A DNA stretch of 64,000 nt from Candidatus Melainabacteria bacterium 17Bon1m (GCA_032128875.1 JAVLKG010000003.1:664874-728873); one strand, 5' to 3'. Shown: positions 49,839 to 59,403, counted from the stretch's first letter. Notes: generated from the letters alone by a model not told the origin. Made by a program: numbers and translations.

Positions 49839-50783
49839 ATGTCCTTGGCTTATGCTGAACCTAAGTTTGAAGAGATTTGTAAGTCTATAGATACTTCGGG
49901 AGCTGTATTTAGCCCCGATCTTTTACGACGTTATCATCTCTCATTGAAGACCCGACGATTTGTCATTTTGAGCGGCACCAGTGGTAGCGGCAAGACTTTG
50001 CTAACACGCGTGTATGCCGATGCTGTTAAGGCCCATTATTGTCTTGTTCCTGTTGCGCCCAATTGGACCACAAACGAAGACCTCCTGGGGTATTTCAACC
50101 CGCTAAGTAAAAGGTATTTCGATACAGATTTCAGCCTTTTTCTTCGGCGAGCGGCGAGAGCATATAGGTCTGCCGTAGATGCCAACGAAGATCCTGAGCC
50201 CTTTCATCTTGTTCTTGATGAGATGAATTTAGCCCGCGTTGAATACTATTTCGCGAAATTCTTGTCAGGGATGGAGGTTCTTACCGGTGCGGGGCAGGCT
50301 CAGGTAACCTTGTCTGGCACGGATGTAGTTGATCTGACACCCAATCTGTTCTTTGTCGGCACAGTAAACGTCGATGAGACTACTCAAGGATTTGCCGACA
50401 AAATCTTTGACCGGGCTCAAGTTATTGAAGTGACTCATCAACGAGACGAAGTGGCATCCAGAGTTCAACTCCCTGAAGTCCAAGATGCCCTTATGCAAAT
50501 ATGGGATGCGGTGAATGATGTCACTCCTTTTTCGATCCGCATTGTTGATGAAATCAACAAATACGTTGCAGAAGCTTCTCGGATCGGGGTGCCTTGGGAA
50601 GACGCATTCGACGATCAAATTATTCAGAAAATTCTCCCGAGAATCAAAGGAACTGATATCAGACTTGGTGTCATGCTCCAACGGCTCAATGACATAACTG
50701 CAAACCGTTTTCCGCGCAGTAATAGTAAGATTCAACATCTAAACCATGGTTTTCACTCCAATGGAATCGTCTCCTTCTTCTAA
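49839..50783 (+). CDS. McrB-like AAA+ GTPase lacking an N-terminal DNA-binding domain
   Basis: GTSGSGKT, LVLDEMNLARVEYYFA, GTVNVDET, KIFDRA and QKILPRI. Confidence 0.88.
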   Translation: MSLAYAEPKFEEICKSIDTSGAVFSPDLLRRYHLSLKTRRFVILSGTSGSGKTLLTRVYADAVKAHYCLVPVAPNWTTNEDLLGYFNPLSKRYFDTDFSLFLRRAARAYRSAVDANEDPEPFHLVLDEMNLARVEYYFAKFLSGMEVLTGAGQAQVTLSGTDVVDLTPNLFFVGTVNVDETTQGFADKIFDRAQVIEVTHQRDEVASRVQLPEVQDALMQIWDAVNDVTPFSIRIVDEINKYVAEASRIGVPWEDAFDDQIIQKILPRIKGTDIRLGVMLQRLNDITANRFPRSNSKIQHLNHGFHSNGIVSFF

Positions 50784-52434
50784 GTTCAGATTTTTTGATG
50801 AGAGTGGAGCCGAGATTCCATCGCCTGTCGAAGGGAGCAAATGTGGCATTGCGATCGACGTAGCTCAACAGTCTTGGTCGAACATCTCGTTGAAGCTTGG
50901 CACTCATTCGCTGGAAGTTTTTTTCGATGAGAAAAAGAATCTGGCTTACTGTGAATGGCCGGCATGTGGACCGGGTCACTACGAGCTTTATCTTGTCTGC
51001 GGAGATAATCGAGAACGCAGAAGAATTACTTTGATGCCCAAATATTTCACAGACAGCGACATTTCCTGCGTAATTAACGAATTGACGGACGTGCTTCCCA
51101 AGTCAATCGCTTTGCAGTTGATCAAATGTGGTGCGCAATTGGGCACACTTGATCATAAGCCATCCGTCGAGGAAGAGTTTTCCGAATTACGTCGTGCCCT
51201 CATGGGCTCGGCTGAGAGGTTGGGACTGTTGCAGGTTTTGCCAATCATTCAACGAGAATGTCATCATGAGTTGGTCCCGCGAATTGAGGTTCGTGATTCT
51301 GACAAGGTGAGAAGACCGGACATATCAAAATTGCCCGGAGTTATTTCAATGCCCGGCAATGTTCTCTCGCCTGAAGTTGTATTTCGGATGTACGACGTGG
51401 CTGTTGAGAGCTCATTCGACACATATGAGAATCGCCTGGTGAAGGCTTATGTTCAAGCCTTGCGCGGGCGATTATCGAGACTGCAGGGCAGAATGGGGCA
51501 GCTTTCAGAAGAGATCGGTCGCGACATCGACAACTTAATTGACGAATTCAATCTGGCTTGTGCGCGTGCAACATTTCTGAGGGAAGTAAAACTTCCTACT
51601 GTATTTACCGGGCGTGTGACAATGGTTCTTTTGAAAAGTCCATCGTATCGCCTCGTGTTTGAGGACTACCTCGCCCTCAATCAGCAGTCGTCGGTAACGC
51701 TGTCAGAGACTGCGTTGAGAGATTCACTAAAGCAGTTTCCTTATCTCTATGAGATGTGGGCGAATTTGAGAGTGCTGAACGCCATGCTGCAGGTGTGCGT
51801 CGAATCTGGCTTTCAATGTGTCAGCCACAATTGGGTCAAGAAAAACAGCAAAGGAATTTTCTTTCAGGTGATCGACGATGAACAGGCTGCGATCGAATTG
51901 GTAAATCCAAAGAATGGAAAACGTGCCACTTTAGTAAGTTGGAAGCCTGATGGAGGAAATGAGATTCTCGAAGATACTCCGAATCATGAACGACTCATAG
52001 CCCTCGCCATAGTAATAGATGCTCCCGCAGAACAATCCAAACTTCTAGTTTTCGATCCTGAATACAGAGTCGCTGCCAGAAGTTCTGATGCGTTGGAAAA
52101 TGAGGGAGGTGCGAAGAATGCGAGTGCCGGAAATGCGAGTTCAAAGAGCAAAAAGAAAAACAGTGCAGCCTCAAGAATAGCGGATGCAAAACGCGAGGTC
52201 GCGGATGCTCGCAGCGGTATCGAGCCGATGAAAGAAGATATCGCTGATCTTCAGCGCTGGGTCGAACAGAGTAAAGCGCCTGATTCAGCGCGCACACTTG
52301 AGTATGCGGCGATGTTGTATCCAGGCACTCGAATGCAATTTGGTTCTGAGGTAGAGGCCTTGTCGGCACTCCCGTCAGACGGGGATGGTCTTCACAAGGC
52401 AATCAGCGATGTGCTCCGCCGCTATTTGGCTTGA
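50761..52434 (+). CDS. McrC-like DUF2357 protein with a degenerate PD-(D/E)xK domain
   Basis: SFDTYENRLVK, LYEMW and FDPEYR; overlaps the McrB-like gene. Confidence 0.78.
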   Translation: MESSPSSKFRFFDESGAEIPSPVEGSKCGIAIDVAQQSWSNISLKLGTHSLEVFFDEKKNLAYCEWPACGPGHYELYLVCGDNRERRRITLMPKYFTDSDISCVINELTDVLPKSIALQLIKCGAQLGTLDHKPSVEEEFSELRRALMGSAERLGLLQVLPIIQRECHHELVPRIEVRDSDKVRRPDISKLPGVISMPGNVLSPEVVFRMYDVAVESSFDTYENRLVKAYVQALRGRLSRLQGRMGQLSEEIGRDIDNLIDEFNLACARATFLREVKLPTVFTGRVTMVLLKSPSYRLVFEDYLALNQQSSVTLSETALRDSLKQFPYLYEMWANLRVLNAMLQVCVESGFQCVSHNWVKKNSKGIFFQVIDDEQAAIELVNPKNGKRATLVSWKPDGGNEILEDTPNHERLIALAIVIDAPAEQSKLLVFDPEYRVAARSSDALENEGGAKNASAGNASSKSKKKNSAASRIADAKREVADARSGIEPMKEDIADLQRWVEQSKAPDSARTLEYAAMLYPGTRMQFGSEVEALSALPSDGDGLHKAISDVLRRYLA

Positions 52435-52558
52435 GGAGATGCCAAGAATTATGGGATGTTCAATAACATCCTATAATTCTGAATCTTGTGTAATCCAATC
52501 CCGGCAAGCTCAGTTTTGAGAGGCTGTCTATGCCGCTGACACCGTCTAGGGGGCTAAA

Positions 52559-53470
52559 GTGGCAGAGCAGCACCAAAGCGTTCATACGCAGATTTCTTAT
52601 CGCACAGTAAAGATTGACAATCTTGAGATCTTTTATCGGGAAGCAGGCGACAAAGCTTCCCCCACTATCATTCTGATGCATGGTTTTCCAACTGATTCTC
52701 ATATGTTTCGGAATTTGATTCCCCAGCTTGCTCGTAATTTTCACGTGATCGCACCGGACTATCCAGGTTATGGTCGCAGTTCGACGCCGAGTGTGAGCGA
52801 GTTTGAGTATAGCTTCGACAATCTGGCGCGCATTATGGACCGCTTTATAGAGGAGCTGAAACTAAGTAAGTTCTCTATGTACGTTATGGATTACGGTGCG
52901 CCGATTGGTTATCGCATCGCCGTGAAAAATCCAGAACGCATTCAGGCTCTCGTTGTTCAGAATGGCAATGCTTACGACGAAGGCTTGGACAATGACTTTT
53001 GGAAACCCTTCAGACCGTTTTGGAAGGACAAGTCCGAGGCAAATGCAGCACCGCTTAAGCCGCTGTTTGAGCTGGACGCGACGAAGTGGCAGTACTACAC
53101 GGGCGTCGGAAATCCTGAGCTTATCAGCCCGGATGGATGGGTCCATGACCAGGCTGGGATGGATAGACCAGGCAACAAAGAAATCCAACTGGAATTGTTT
53201 TACAGCTATGGTTCCAACCCGGCGCTGTACCCGCAATGGCAGGAGTATTTCCGCAAACACCAACCTCCTATGCTCATTGTTTGGGGTAAAAATGATCAGA
53301 TTTTCCCTGCCGCAGGTGCTGAGCCATACAAGCGCGATCTGAAAAATCTGGAGTTCCACCTGCTCGACACAGGCCATTTCGCTCTCGAAGAGTATGGCGA
53401 AGTCATCGGTGAGCTTATGACGAAATTCCTCAGTAAAGTGGTACCCGCACCAATCGGCTCTGCGAGTTAA
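52559..53470 (+). CDS. Alpha/beta hydrolase (epoxide hydrolase/haloalkane dehalogenase-like)
   Basis: [24 protein letters not shown] nucleophile elbow and GHFALE. Confidence 0.9.
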   Translation: MAEQHQSVHTQISYRTVKIDNLEIFYREAGDKASPTIILMHGFPTDSHMFRNLIPQLARNFHVIAPDYPGYGRSSTPSVSEFEYSFDNLARIMDRFIEELKLSKFSMYVMDYGAPIGYRIAVKNPERIQALVVQNGNAYDEGLDNDFWKPFRPFWKDKSEANAAPLKPLFELDATKWQYYTGVGNPELISPDGWVHDQAGMDRPGNKEIQLELFYSYGSNPALYPQWQEYFRKHQPPMLIVWGKNDQIFPAAGAEPYKRDLKNLEFHLLDTGHFALEEYGEVIGELMTKFLSKVVPAPIGSAS

Positions 53471-53647
53471 TAGCCCGAGTCGATTGCTTCTAGCTAGCGG
53501 CTTTGCGCTATGTTGTTCGTTTGTTCGTAAGGAGCAGTGTCCGAAAGTCTGACACGCCTGTCAGTAAATCATCCATCCAGCGCTTTGGTGCGGGTTCGAT
53601 AATGACCGTACAGGCGAACAAACCCAAAGCAAGGAAGGTGAAACAAC

Positions 53648-54082
53648 ATGCAAGCAACTATTACTGTTTTGTTGCTCATAATTTCAAATGTCTTTATGAC
53701 GATGGCATGGTATGGGCACCTGCGCTTTAAGTCGGCGCCGCTATGGGAAGTTATCGTTATAAGCTGGTTGATCGCTTTCCTTGAATATTGCTTTCAGGTG
53801 CCCGCCAACCGTATAGGCAGCTATGAATTTTCAGCGGCGCAGTTGAAGATTATTCAAGAAGTAATCACCTTAATTGTCTTCGGTGTATTTTCCGTTATTT
53901 ATCTAAAGCAACAGTTCCAATGGAACTATTTCGTTGCGTTCGCGCTGATTGTAGGGGCGGTGTTTTTTGTGTTCTTGGGAAGTGACAGCAGTGCTCAAAC
54001 ACACGTTGTCAGCCAATGCCCTAACGGCGCCCCCAGTGATCAAACAAGTTCTCGGCTAGGAACACCTAGAGTCATGTTGTAG
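53648..54082 (+). CDS. DMT-superfamily small membrane protein (DUF486-like)
   Basis: SNVFMTMAWYGHL, EYCFQVPANRIG and QLKIIQEVITL. Confidence 0.88.
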   Translation: MQATITVLLLIISNVFMTMAWYGHLRFKSAPLWEVIVISWLIAFLEYCFQVPANRIGSYEFSAAQLKIIQEVITLIVFGVFSVIYLKQQFQWNYFVAFALIVGAVFFVFLGSDSSAQTHVVSQCPNGAPSDQTSSRLGTPRVML

Positions 54083-54090
54083 GGAATCAC

Positions 54091-54362
54091 ATGAAGAGCT
54101 GTGCAAACATGAAGAGCGCCGATGAGCGAATCAGACGAAGTTTACGCGGCCTGGACTGTCTCACGGGATGATCATTACTGCTCAGGGAGTTGGGGCCGCC
54201 TCAAACAATCTCTTGGCAGGGTGGACGGTGCTCAAGGCTGGCTACGGTGCCGGTTTTCTCTTACTTGCATTTATAGGGCTAGTTGGCCTGCTACTCTGTT
54301 GCATTGGATTGCCCGAAACACGCGACCTTAATATGGACTCAGGAAAACCTGTTAATGGCTAG
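54091..54362 (+). pseudogene. MFS transporter gene with a large internal deletion
   Basis: N-terminal RRSLRGLDCL joined out of frame to C-terminal TAQGVGAASNNLLAGW...GYGAGFLLLA...LPETR. Confidence 0.65.
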
Positions 54363-55617
54363 GATTCTTGTTCTTCACGATCAACGCTCAACGAGCGGAA
54401 TTCTGACGGAAATGTTGGAGCGCCGGAACCATCGCATATCGGAAGCGGATTCTCTCTCGGCGGCTCTAAGCCAACACTCAAATGAGCCAGTGGAGATGAT
54501 CTTTATTGATCAGCAGTCCGATGCGCTCTCGGTCTCTGAACTCATTTCTGCCATAAAAGAAGAGAAGTCATTTTGCACAATGCCAGTAATTGTTGTTACT
54601 TCCACCGCAAAGAGCGAGGAGGTTATAGAAGCGATGAGGCTGGGGGCCTTCGATCACTTAAGCGCGCCGGTAAGCGCGGACGAACTGGATTTGGTGATTG
54701 AAAGAGCAATTTTCGCTCCTAAACTTGAACCTCCTTCAAATGTCGCTCAGTCTGACTCGGAAAGTTTTCTTGTCGGTTTGAGCACAGTCATGAGGCGCGT
54801 TGAGAAGCAAATCGGAATTGCCGCCGCTTGCAACGCAACTGTTTTAATTCAAGGCGAAACAGGAACCGGGAAAGACACTGTTGCCAGAGCAATTCATAGG
54901 CACAGTCAACACCGAGACAAGCCTCTCACAATAATCGATTGCACGGCTGTGCCTGAAGACTATGAAGCTTTTGAATCACTTAGCCCAGGCGCTCAGGGTA
55001 CGGTCATTTTGGATGAGATTGGCGATCTGAATGCTCAGACTCAAGCAATGTTGGTGAGAGCGCTGAAAGAGCGTCTGCAAGGGACAGGCGTGCCACGCAT
55101 CATTGCCACCACGCAATACGATTTAGTCACAATGGTCAAAGAAAAGCGCTTTCGAGAAGATTTGTTTTATCGCCTAAATGTCCTTCCCATCTCACTTCCA
55201 CCTCTAAGAGAGCGTGGATCGGACATCCTATCTTTGGCCGAGGCGTTCTTGCTGCAAGCTCGCCCCAATGCAGCGAAGCGCTTAAGTAGCTCCGCTGCAA
55301 AGGCTTTACTAGATTACAAATGGCCGGGAAATGTACGAGAACTAGAGAACCTGATGTATCACCTTACTTTTTCTGTGCGCACGGAAAGCATTGATGCATC
55401 CGATTTGAGCATGATTGTACCTGTCGAAGCCGTCGTTGAAGGAGAGGAGTCGTTTCTTTCCATGGATTACTACAGTGCCATGTCCGCACTGGAAAAACGC
55501 TTGCTGGAACGCGCATTGCATCAAGCAAATGGAAGTCGCGCTGAAGCGGCTCGGTTGCTCGGGATAAACCGGCAATTGTTGTATAGCAAGCTAAAAGCGC
55601 ATGGACTTATGAATTAG
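54355..55617 (+). CDS. NtrC-like REC-AAA-Fis regulator lacking the GAFTGA loop
   Basis: GETGTGKD, ILDEIGDL, FREDLFYRLNV, WPGNVRELEN and a Fis-type HTH; GAFTGA region deleted. Confidence 0.88.
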   Translation: MARILVLHDQRSTSGILTEMLERRNHRISEADSLSAALSQHSNEPVEMIFIDQQSDALSVSELISAIKEEKSFCTMPVIVVTSTAKSEEVIEAMRLGAFDHLSAPVSADELDLVIERAIFAPKLEPPSNVAQSDSESFLVGLSTVMRRVEKQIGIAAACNATVLIQGETGTGKDTVARAIHRHSQHRDKPLTIIDCTAVPEDYEAFESLSPGAQGTVILDEIGDLNAQTQAMLVRALKERLQGTGVPRIIATTQYDLVTMVKEKRFREDLFYRLNVLPISLPPLRERGSDILSLAEAFLLQARPNAAKRLSSSAAKALLDYKWPGNVRELENLMYHLTFSVRTESIDASDLSMIVPVEAVVEGEESFLSMDYYSAMSALEKRLLERALHQANGSRAEAARLLGINRQLLYSKLKAHGLMN

Positions 55618-55632
55618 CAGGGGGATTTTTGA

Positions 55633-56115
55633 ATGCCACTCCACGAGAATCACAAATCGCAAGATAAAGAGAGTCGGCGTGCTCTGAACACACCGGAAAA
55701 TGCGTTGAAAGCCGTTGCTGTCGGGCGCGAATGCATAAGTGCTCTACAGCCAGGAGCGGTCTGGCGCCATCGCGCACCTCATGGAATCGAAATAAAGGCT
55801 TCATTGATGTTGGATGATGCTCCCGTAGTTGTTATTCACTTCAGCCCGGATGATGGCAGCGTGTTACCAAAGGGGCTGCATGGTTTTACCGAAGGGACAC
55901 CTGAAGTTATAGCGATCATAAAGAAGAGTCTTAAGGAAATCCCTGCGAGAATCACAGTTTTGGAAGGCGCTGAGTTTCGCGAGCCCGAGTCTTGTTGGGC
56001 GGTTCCGCTTGTCATTGACGGAAGAATTGTGTCTCATCTTAAAGTTTCGTCTGATGGTAGCCGAGTTTTAGCAGACAAAAAGGCAATAGAAGAATCGCAA
56101 AAAGCTGCTGAGTAG
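55633..56115 (+). CDS. Hypothetical protein
   Basis: 160-aa ORF 15 nt downstream of the regulator with a GGGGG Shine-Dalgarno-like run. Confidence 0.7.
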   Translation: MPLHENHKSQDKESRRALNTPENALKAVAVGRECISALQPGAVWRHRAPHGIEIKASLMLDDAPVVVIHFSPDDGSVLPKGLHGFTEGTPEVIAIIKKSLKEIPARITVLEGAEFREPESCWAVPLVIDGRIVSHLKVSSDGSRVLADKKAIEESQKAAE

Positions 56116-56194
56116 GTGGTCTTTTTTAAAGCCACTATATCCGGTGCTACGAGCATTGCAATGTTTTTCGGTTTGCCGAATTTCTGTCAGGTTG

Positions 56195-56608
56195 TCAGTT
56201 TTGTGTAATTAAATGCAGCGGCAATGGGGCGAGATCTGGTTCAACAAACTGCTGGCGAGCTTTTTCAGACGTCAAAATTTCTTGACTGTAAAACCGCTTC
56301 AGGCAATCTTTATCGTTGAGGTCGGGATTTCGCGCGACAAAACCTTCCAGCGTCTCTCCGGCAAGGCGCCTAGAATCAATTAATCGCGCAAAAGCAATTG
56401 TTATTGTTTCGTGATAGCCAATGCTGTTTTTTGAAGAGTTGAAGCGCATAATCCCGTTTCTAATTCGGTTTATCGCTTCGTCAAAAGAAGTTGATGTCTC
56501 TAGCACCAACCAGCCCATACGGACATGCGCCGCGTGTGTCCAGCATTTTGCGCCAAGCGAGCAATCCTCGAAGGACTGCAAGAAAGCTTTATCGTCGTCA
56601 GTGATCAT
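56195..56608 (-). CDS. Conserved hypothetical protein
   Basis: WTHAAHVRMGW, YHETIT and ARQQFVEPDLAPLP pattern; downstream of the arsI-like gene. Confidence 0.75.
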   Translation of the reverse strand: MITDDDKAFLQSFEDCSLGAKCWTHAAHVRMGWLVLETSTSFDEAINRIRNGIMRFNSSKNSIGYHETITIAFARLIDSRRLAGETLEGFVARNPDLNDKDCLKRFYSQEILTSEKARQQFVEPDLAPLPLHLITQN

Positions 56609-56659
56609 GCTTTGAACTCAATGAGTGATTCTTCTGCGGCGCACGCAAAAATTCACGGT

Positions 56660-57133
56660 TCATGAGCAGCTATCCTTCTTCTTTCCGAAACTCACCGGAA
56701 TGACATCAGGCATAGGCGCACAGCATGCGGAATTTGTCTGTGTCTCGAAGTTTGCATCCTCACCATATGTGGTTGCAACGCCGGTGGTGTAAAAGCTCTC
56801 CCAGGCAATTCCTTGCGGATCATGTACCCATGTTTTGTCTGCTTTTGCGTAACAGCATGTGGTTTGATCTTGCTCTAAGATTGGCTGCTGAGCTGCTTTT
56901 AGACGTACAGAAATCTCTTTCAAATCATCGGAATTTTCAACTTGTATCCCGAGGTGATCGAGTCCGGGCTCTCTTCCTCTCGTAGAGATAGCAAAGTTAA
57001 TACGAGGATCGTCGAGCATCCATTTTGCATAATCTTCCTTTTCAACAGAAGGCGGGGTGTTGAAGAACGTCGAATAAAACTGTATCGACTGGGACAGATC
57101 TGCCACAGCAACATGTACATGGAATCTTTTCAT
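56660..57133 (-). CDS. ArsI/CadI-family VOC metalloenzyme
   Basis: MKRFHVH, YAKWMLDDPRINFAIS, DHLGIQV, TTCCYA and DPQGIAWE; TAATG overlap with arsR. Confidence 0.9.
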   Translation of the reverse strand: MKRFHVHVAVADLSQSIQFYSTFFNTPPSVEKEDYAKWMLDDPRINFAISTRGREPGLDHLGIQVENSDDLKEISVRLKAAQQPILEQDQTTCCYAKADKTWVHDPQGIAWESFYTTGVATTYGEDANFETQTNSACCAPMPDVIPVSFGKKKDSCS

Positions 57134-57432
57134 TAGCATTTGCCTCCATTATCAGCGCAGCAGTTTTCCATTAAAAAGCCGAGCAACTCTTGCATCTGGT
57201 CATAGTTAGCTGTATAGATAATCGATCTGCTTTCACGTCGCGAAACGATCAACTCAGCATTTGTAAGTTCTTTTAAATGGAATGACATCGTCGCTGGTGG
57301 CATGCCGAAATGAGTACTTAGATCACCGGCTGCCATACCGGCAGATCCTTTTCTGACCAGAAGGCGAAAGATTTCTAGGCGTGTTTCTTGCGCCAGAGCG
57401 GCTAGGGCGCTGACCGCGTTTCTTGTTTTCAT
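57133..57432 (-). CDS. arsR: Arsenic-responsive ArsR with C-terminal CC...C site
   Basis: ALAQETRLEIFRLL, TMSFHLKEL and ENCCADNGGKC. Confidence 0.88.
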   Translation of the reverse strand: MKTRNAVSALAALAQETRLEIFRLLVRKGSAGMAAGDLSTHFGMPPATMSFHLKELTNAELIVSRRESRSIIYTANYDQMQELLGFLMENCCADNGGKC

Positions 57433-57453
57433 ATTTCCAATATTATCGAAATA
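57432..57453. promoter_or_regulatory. ArsR operator overlapping the arsR start
   Basis: TATTTCCAATATTATCGAAATA imperfect inverted repeat abutting the ATG; no Shine-Dalgarno, so possibly leaderless. Confidence 0.6.
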
Positions 57454-57668
57454 AGAGCAGCGTGTCAACCTTCCGTATTGGAAAACGCGACAAACTCATA
57501 ATTGCTCTGTCTTAAGCGCATCTGCTTGCACGGTTGCGATGGTTCATGCATTACTAGTTTTGGTGTTAGATGGAAGGATGTGTAATATAAGCTCCCAAGC
57601 TGGCGCTTCTGTTCATTCGTTATGGCCGCTGGCTTACTTGCACTTCGTGCTCGACGCCTTGGAGGCGC

Positions 57669-58940
57669 ATGAAAGAAACTTTTGAGACCAATGACCGGAA
57701 GCGACCGTTGAAGGTTTGCGTCACCCCAACTGAGCATCAGGAGATTGAACACCAAGTTCTCGTTCGCGCGAGATGGTGGCCGGTCGACGCTTCGGTTAGG
57801 TTCGCCATCCGTTCTCTGTGCGCCTTGGCTTTGGTGCTGATCCTGGGCGCCGGCGCCCCGCTAGCTGTTTTGTCCGCCGACACACCGGAGCTGCAGAGCA
57901 CCGTTATCCAGAACGAGTACAAGCATCCTCAAAGCCCGACCGTTAACACTGGGGATGTGCGTGTGGTGCCCCCCGGCGTGGAGTTGGAGCTGTTTCTTTC
58001 GACCGAGATTGAAGCCGGCGAGACAGTTGAAGGCGACGAGTTCTTCGGAAAAATCAGCAAGGACGTGCTGGTGGATGGCCGGGTGGTTATACCAAGGGGC
58101 ACTGTGCTGCATGGAGTTCTGATTGCCATGGAAGGGCCGAAGCGCGCTGGCCGCAATGGCTATATCAATACGCACTTTGATTATTTACTCACGCCTGACG
58201 GGCGTAAAGTCCCAATTGAGGGCGACAGCACTACGCGAGACTCCAAAGGCAAGGCTGCAGCTAAAGTCGTCGGGCGCGCGGCGGGCTACACCGCCGTTGG
58301 TGGCGTGATGGGCACATTGATGGCGCTGCAATTTGGCGGGCTGGCGGCTGCTGCTGCCAGCCACGGTACCACCCTGGCGGGTGGAGCCGCTATTGGTGGG
58401 GCTGCTGGGCTGACAATCGCCATGTTGAAGAAGGGTAAAAGCGTCATGCTCCAGCCCGGAGCTGAAATGCACGTCAAACTCAGTGAGCCGTTAAAACTGC
58501 CCACCATGACCATGCCCGATGAGACGGCTGAAGATTTTAGCATCGCGGGTCTGAAGGTGAAGGTAGCGGGCATGCGCATTGACCGCCGTCCGTCTGGCGG
58601 CGTAGGCGAAATTGCACTGGCGCTAGACATTTTGAATGAAACCGAAAACACGTTCTCCACGTTTGAAATCGGACTGGAGGACGATTTGGGCAACGTGTTC
58701 TTCCCCTCTCCTCTTGGCGATATGGGCATCTCGTCTGGCAAAATCAAGCCCAGCGATCACTTCAACAGCAAAATTACCTTCAGCGTGGACAATGTCAGAA
58801 GCCGATACAAGCTAGTGTTTTACAAGCCGTATTCCCGTGAAGCGCTGGCAAAATTCGCTCTGACCGATGCCATGTTGGTAAGCGGCAAAACCCGCCCCAA
58901 AGGCAAGCACGTGGCCGCTGGCGCGCACCAGTCCGAGTGA
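57669..58940 (+). CDS. Hypothetical exported protein (TrbI/VirB10-like beta region, glycine zipper, C-terminal Ig-like region) with a TraJ/MobC-like N-terminal fragment
   Basis: VLVDGRVVIPRGTVLHG, Gly-rich GGAAIGGAAG, hydrophobic signal-like segment around aa 48-68; true start uncertain. Confidence 0.7.
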   Translation: MKETFETNDRKRPLKVCVTPTEHQEIEHQVLVRARWWPVDASVRFAIRSLCALALVLILGAGAPLAVLSADTPELQSTVIQNEYKHPQSPTVNTGDVRVVPPGVELELFLSTEIEAGETVEGDEFFGKISKDVLVDGRVVIPRGTVLHGVLIAMEGPKRAGRNGYINTHFDYLLTPDGRKVPIEGDSTTRDSKGKAAAKVVGRAAGYTAVGGVMGTLMALQFGGLAAAAASHGTTLAGGAAIGGAAGLTIAMLKKGKSVMLQPGAEMHVKLSEPLKLPTMTMPDETAEDFSIAGLKVKVAGMRIDRRPSGGVGEIALALDILNETENTFSTFEIGLEDDLGNVFFPSPLGDMGISSGKIKPSDHFNSKITFSVDNVRSRYKLVFYKPYSREALAKFALTDAMLVSGKTRPKGKHVAAGAHQSE

Positions 58941-59298
58941 GTTGCCGCTTAGTTCTGGAATCTTGATGGAAGCTTGATATGTCCGAGGCCATCTTTGACA
59001 CTAGCTTGAAAGCGCCTGTGTAAATCTTAGGTGTCGGTGCTCAGTTGACCTGTACTTAAGGCTTGTTCAGGTTTTCACGCAGTGTATTTCTGACCGAACT
59101 ATTCACTGTAATGAGTAAATCCTCTGACATTTAGTTTTGCAAAAACCACTTGCACGTACCTGCAAGTGGCGCACTCGGTCCCTGGGCTGGCTGGGCGTGA
59201 CGATTGAGAAAGAGTAGTTCCAATCTCAATCTAACTTTCAGTCAACTCCGGGGGGATCGGCAGTCCGAGCTTTTTTGCTAGAGCTAAGGAAACAACAA

Positions 59299-59403
59299 AT
59301 GAAACTCAAACCCGATTGCACAAATAGAAACTCAAATTTGCATTCTGCCGATGTTGTCGATGCAAAAAGAGTCATTGTCAAAATAACAAACAATGGATGC
59401 TGA
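59299..59403 (+). CDS. Candidate 34-aa upstream ORF overlapping the start of the RND adaptor gene
   Basis: AAGGA, then ATG; MKLKPDCTNRNSNLHSADVVDAKRVIVKITNNGC; its TGA lies in ATGCTGA at the next start. Confidence 0.4.
   Translation: MKLKPDCTNRNSNLHSADVVDAKRVIVKITNNGC

Noticed and set aside
57620-57660. Possible oriT upstream of the TraJ-like fragment
   Set aside because: No nic consensus or inverted repeat that I could support, and no relaxase gene.
59146-59276. 6S RNA or SRP RNA
   Set aside because: Lacks the SRP GGAA-loop motif and is too short, without the central bubble of 6S; kept only as an unassigned structured leader.
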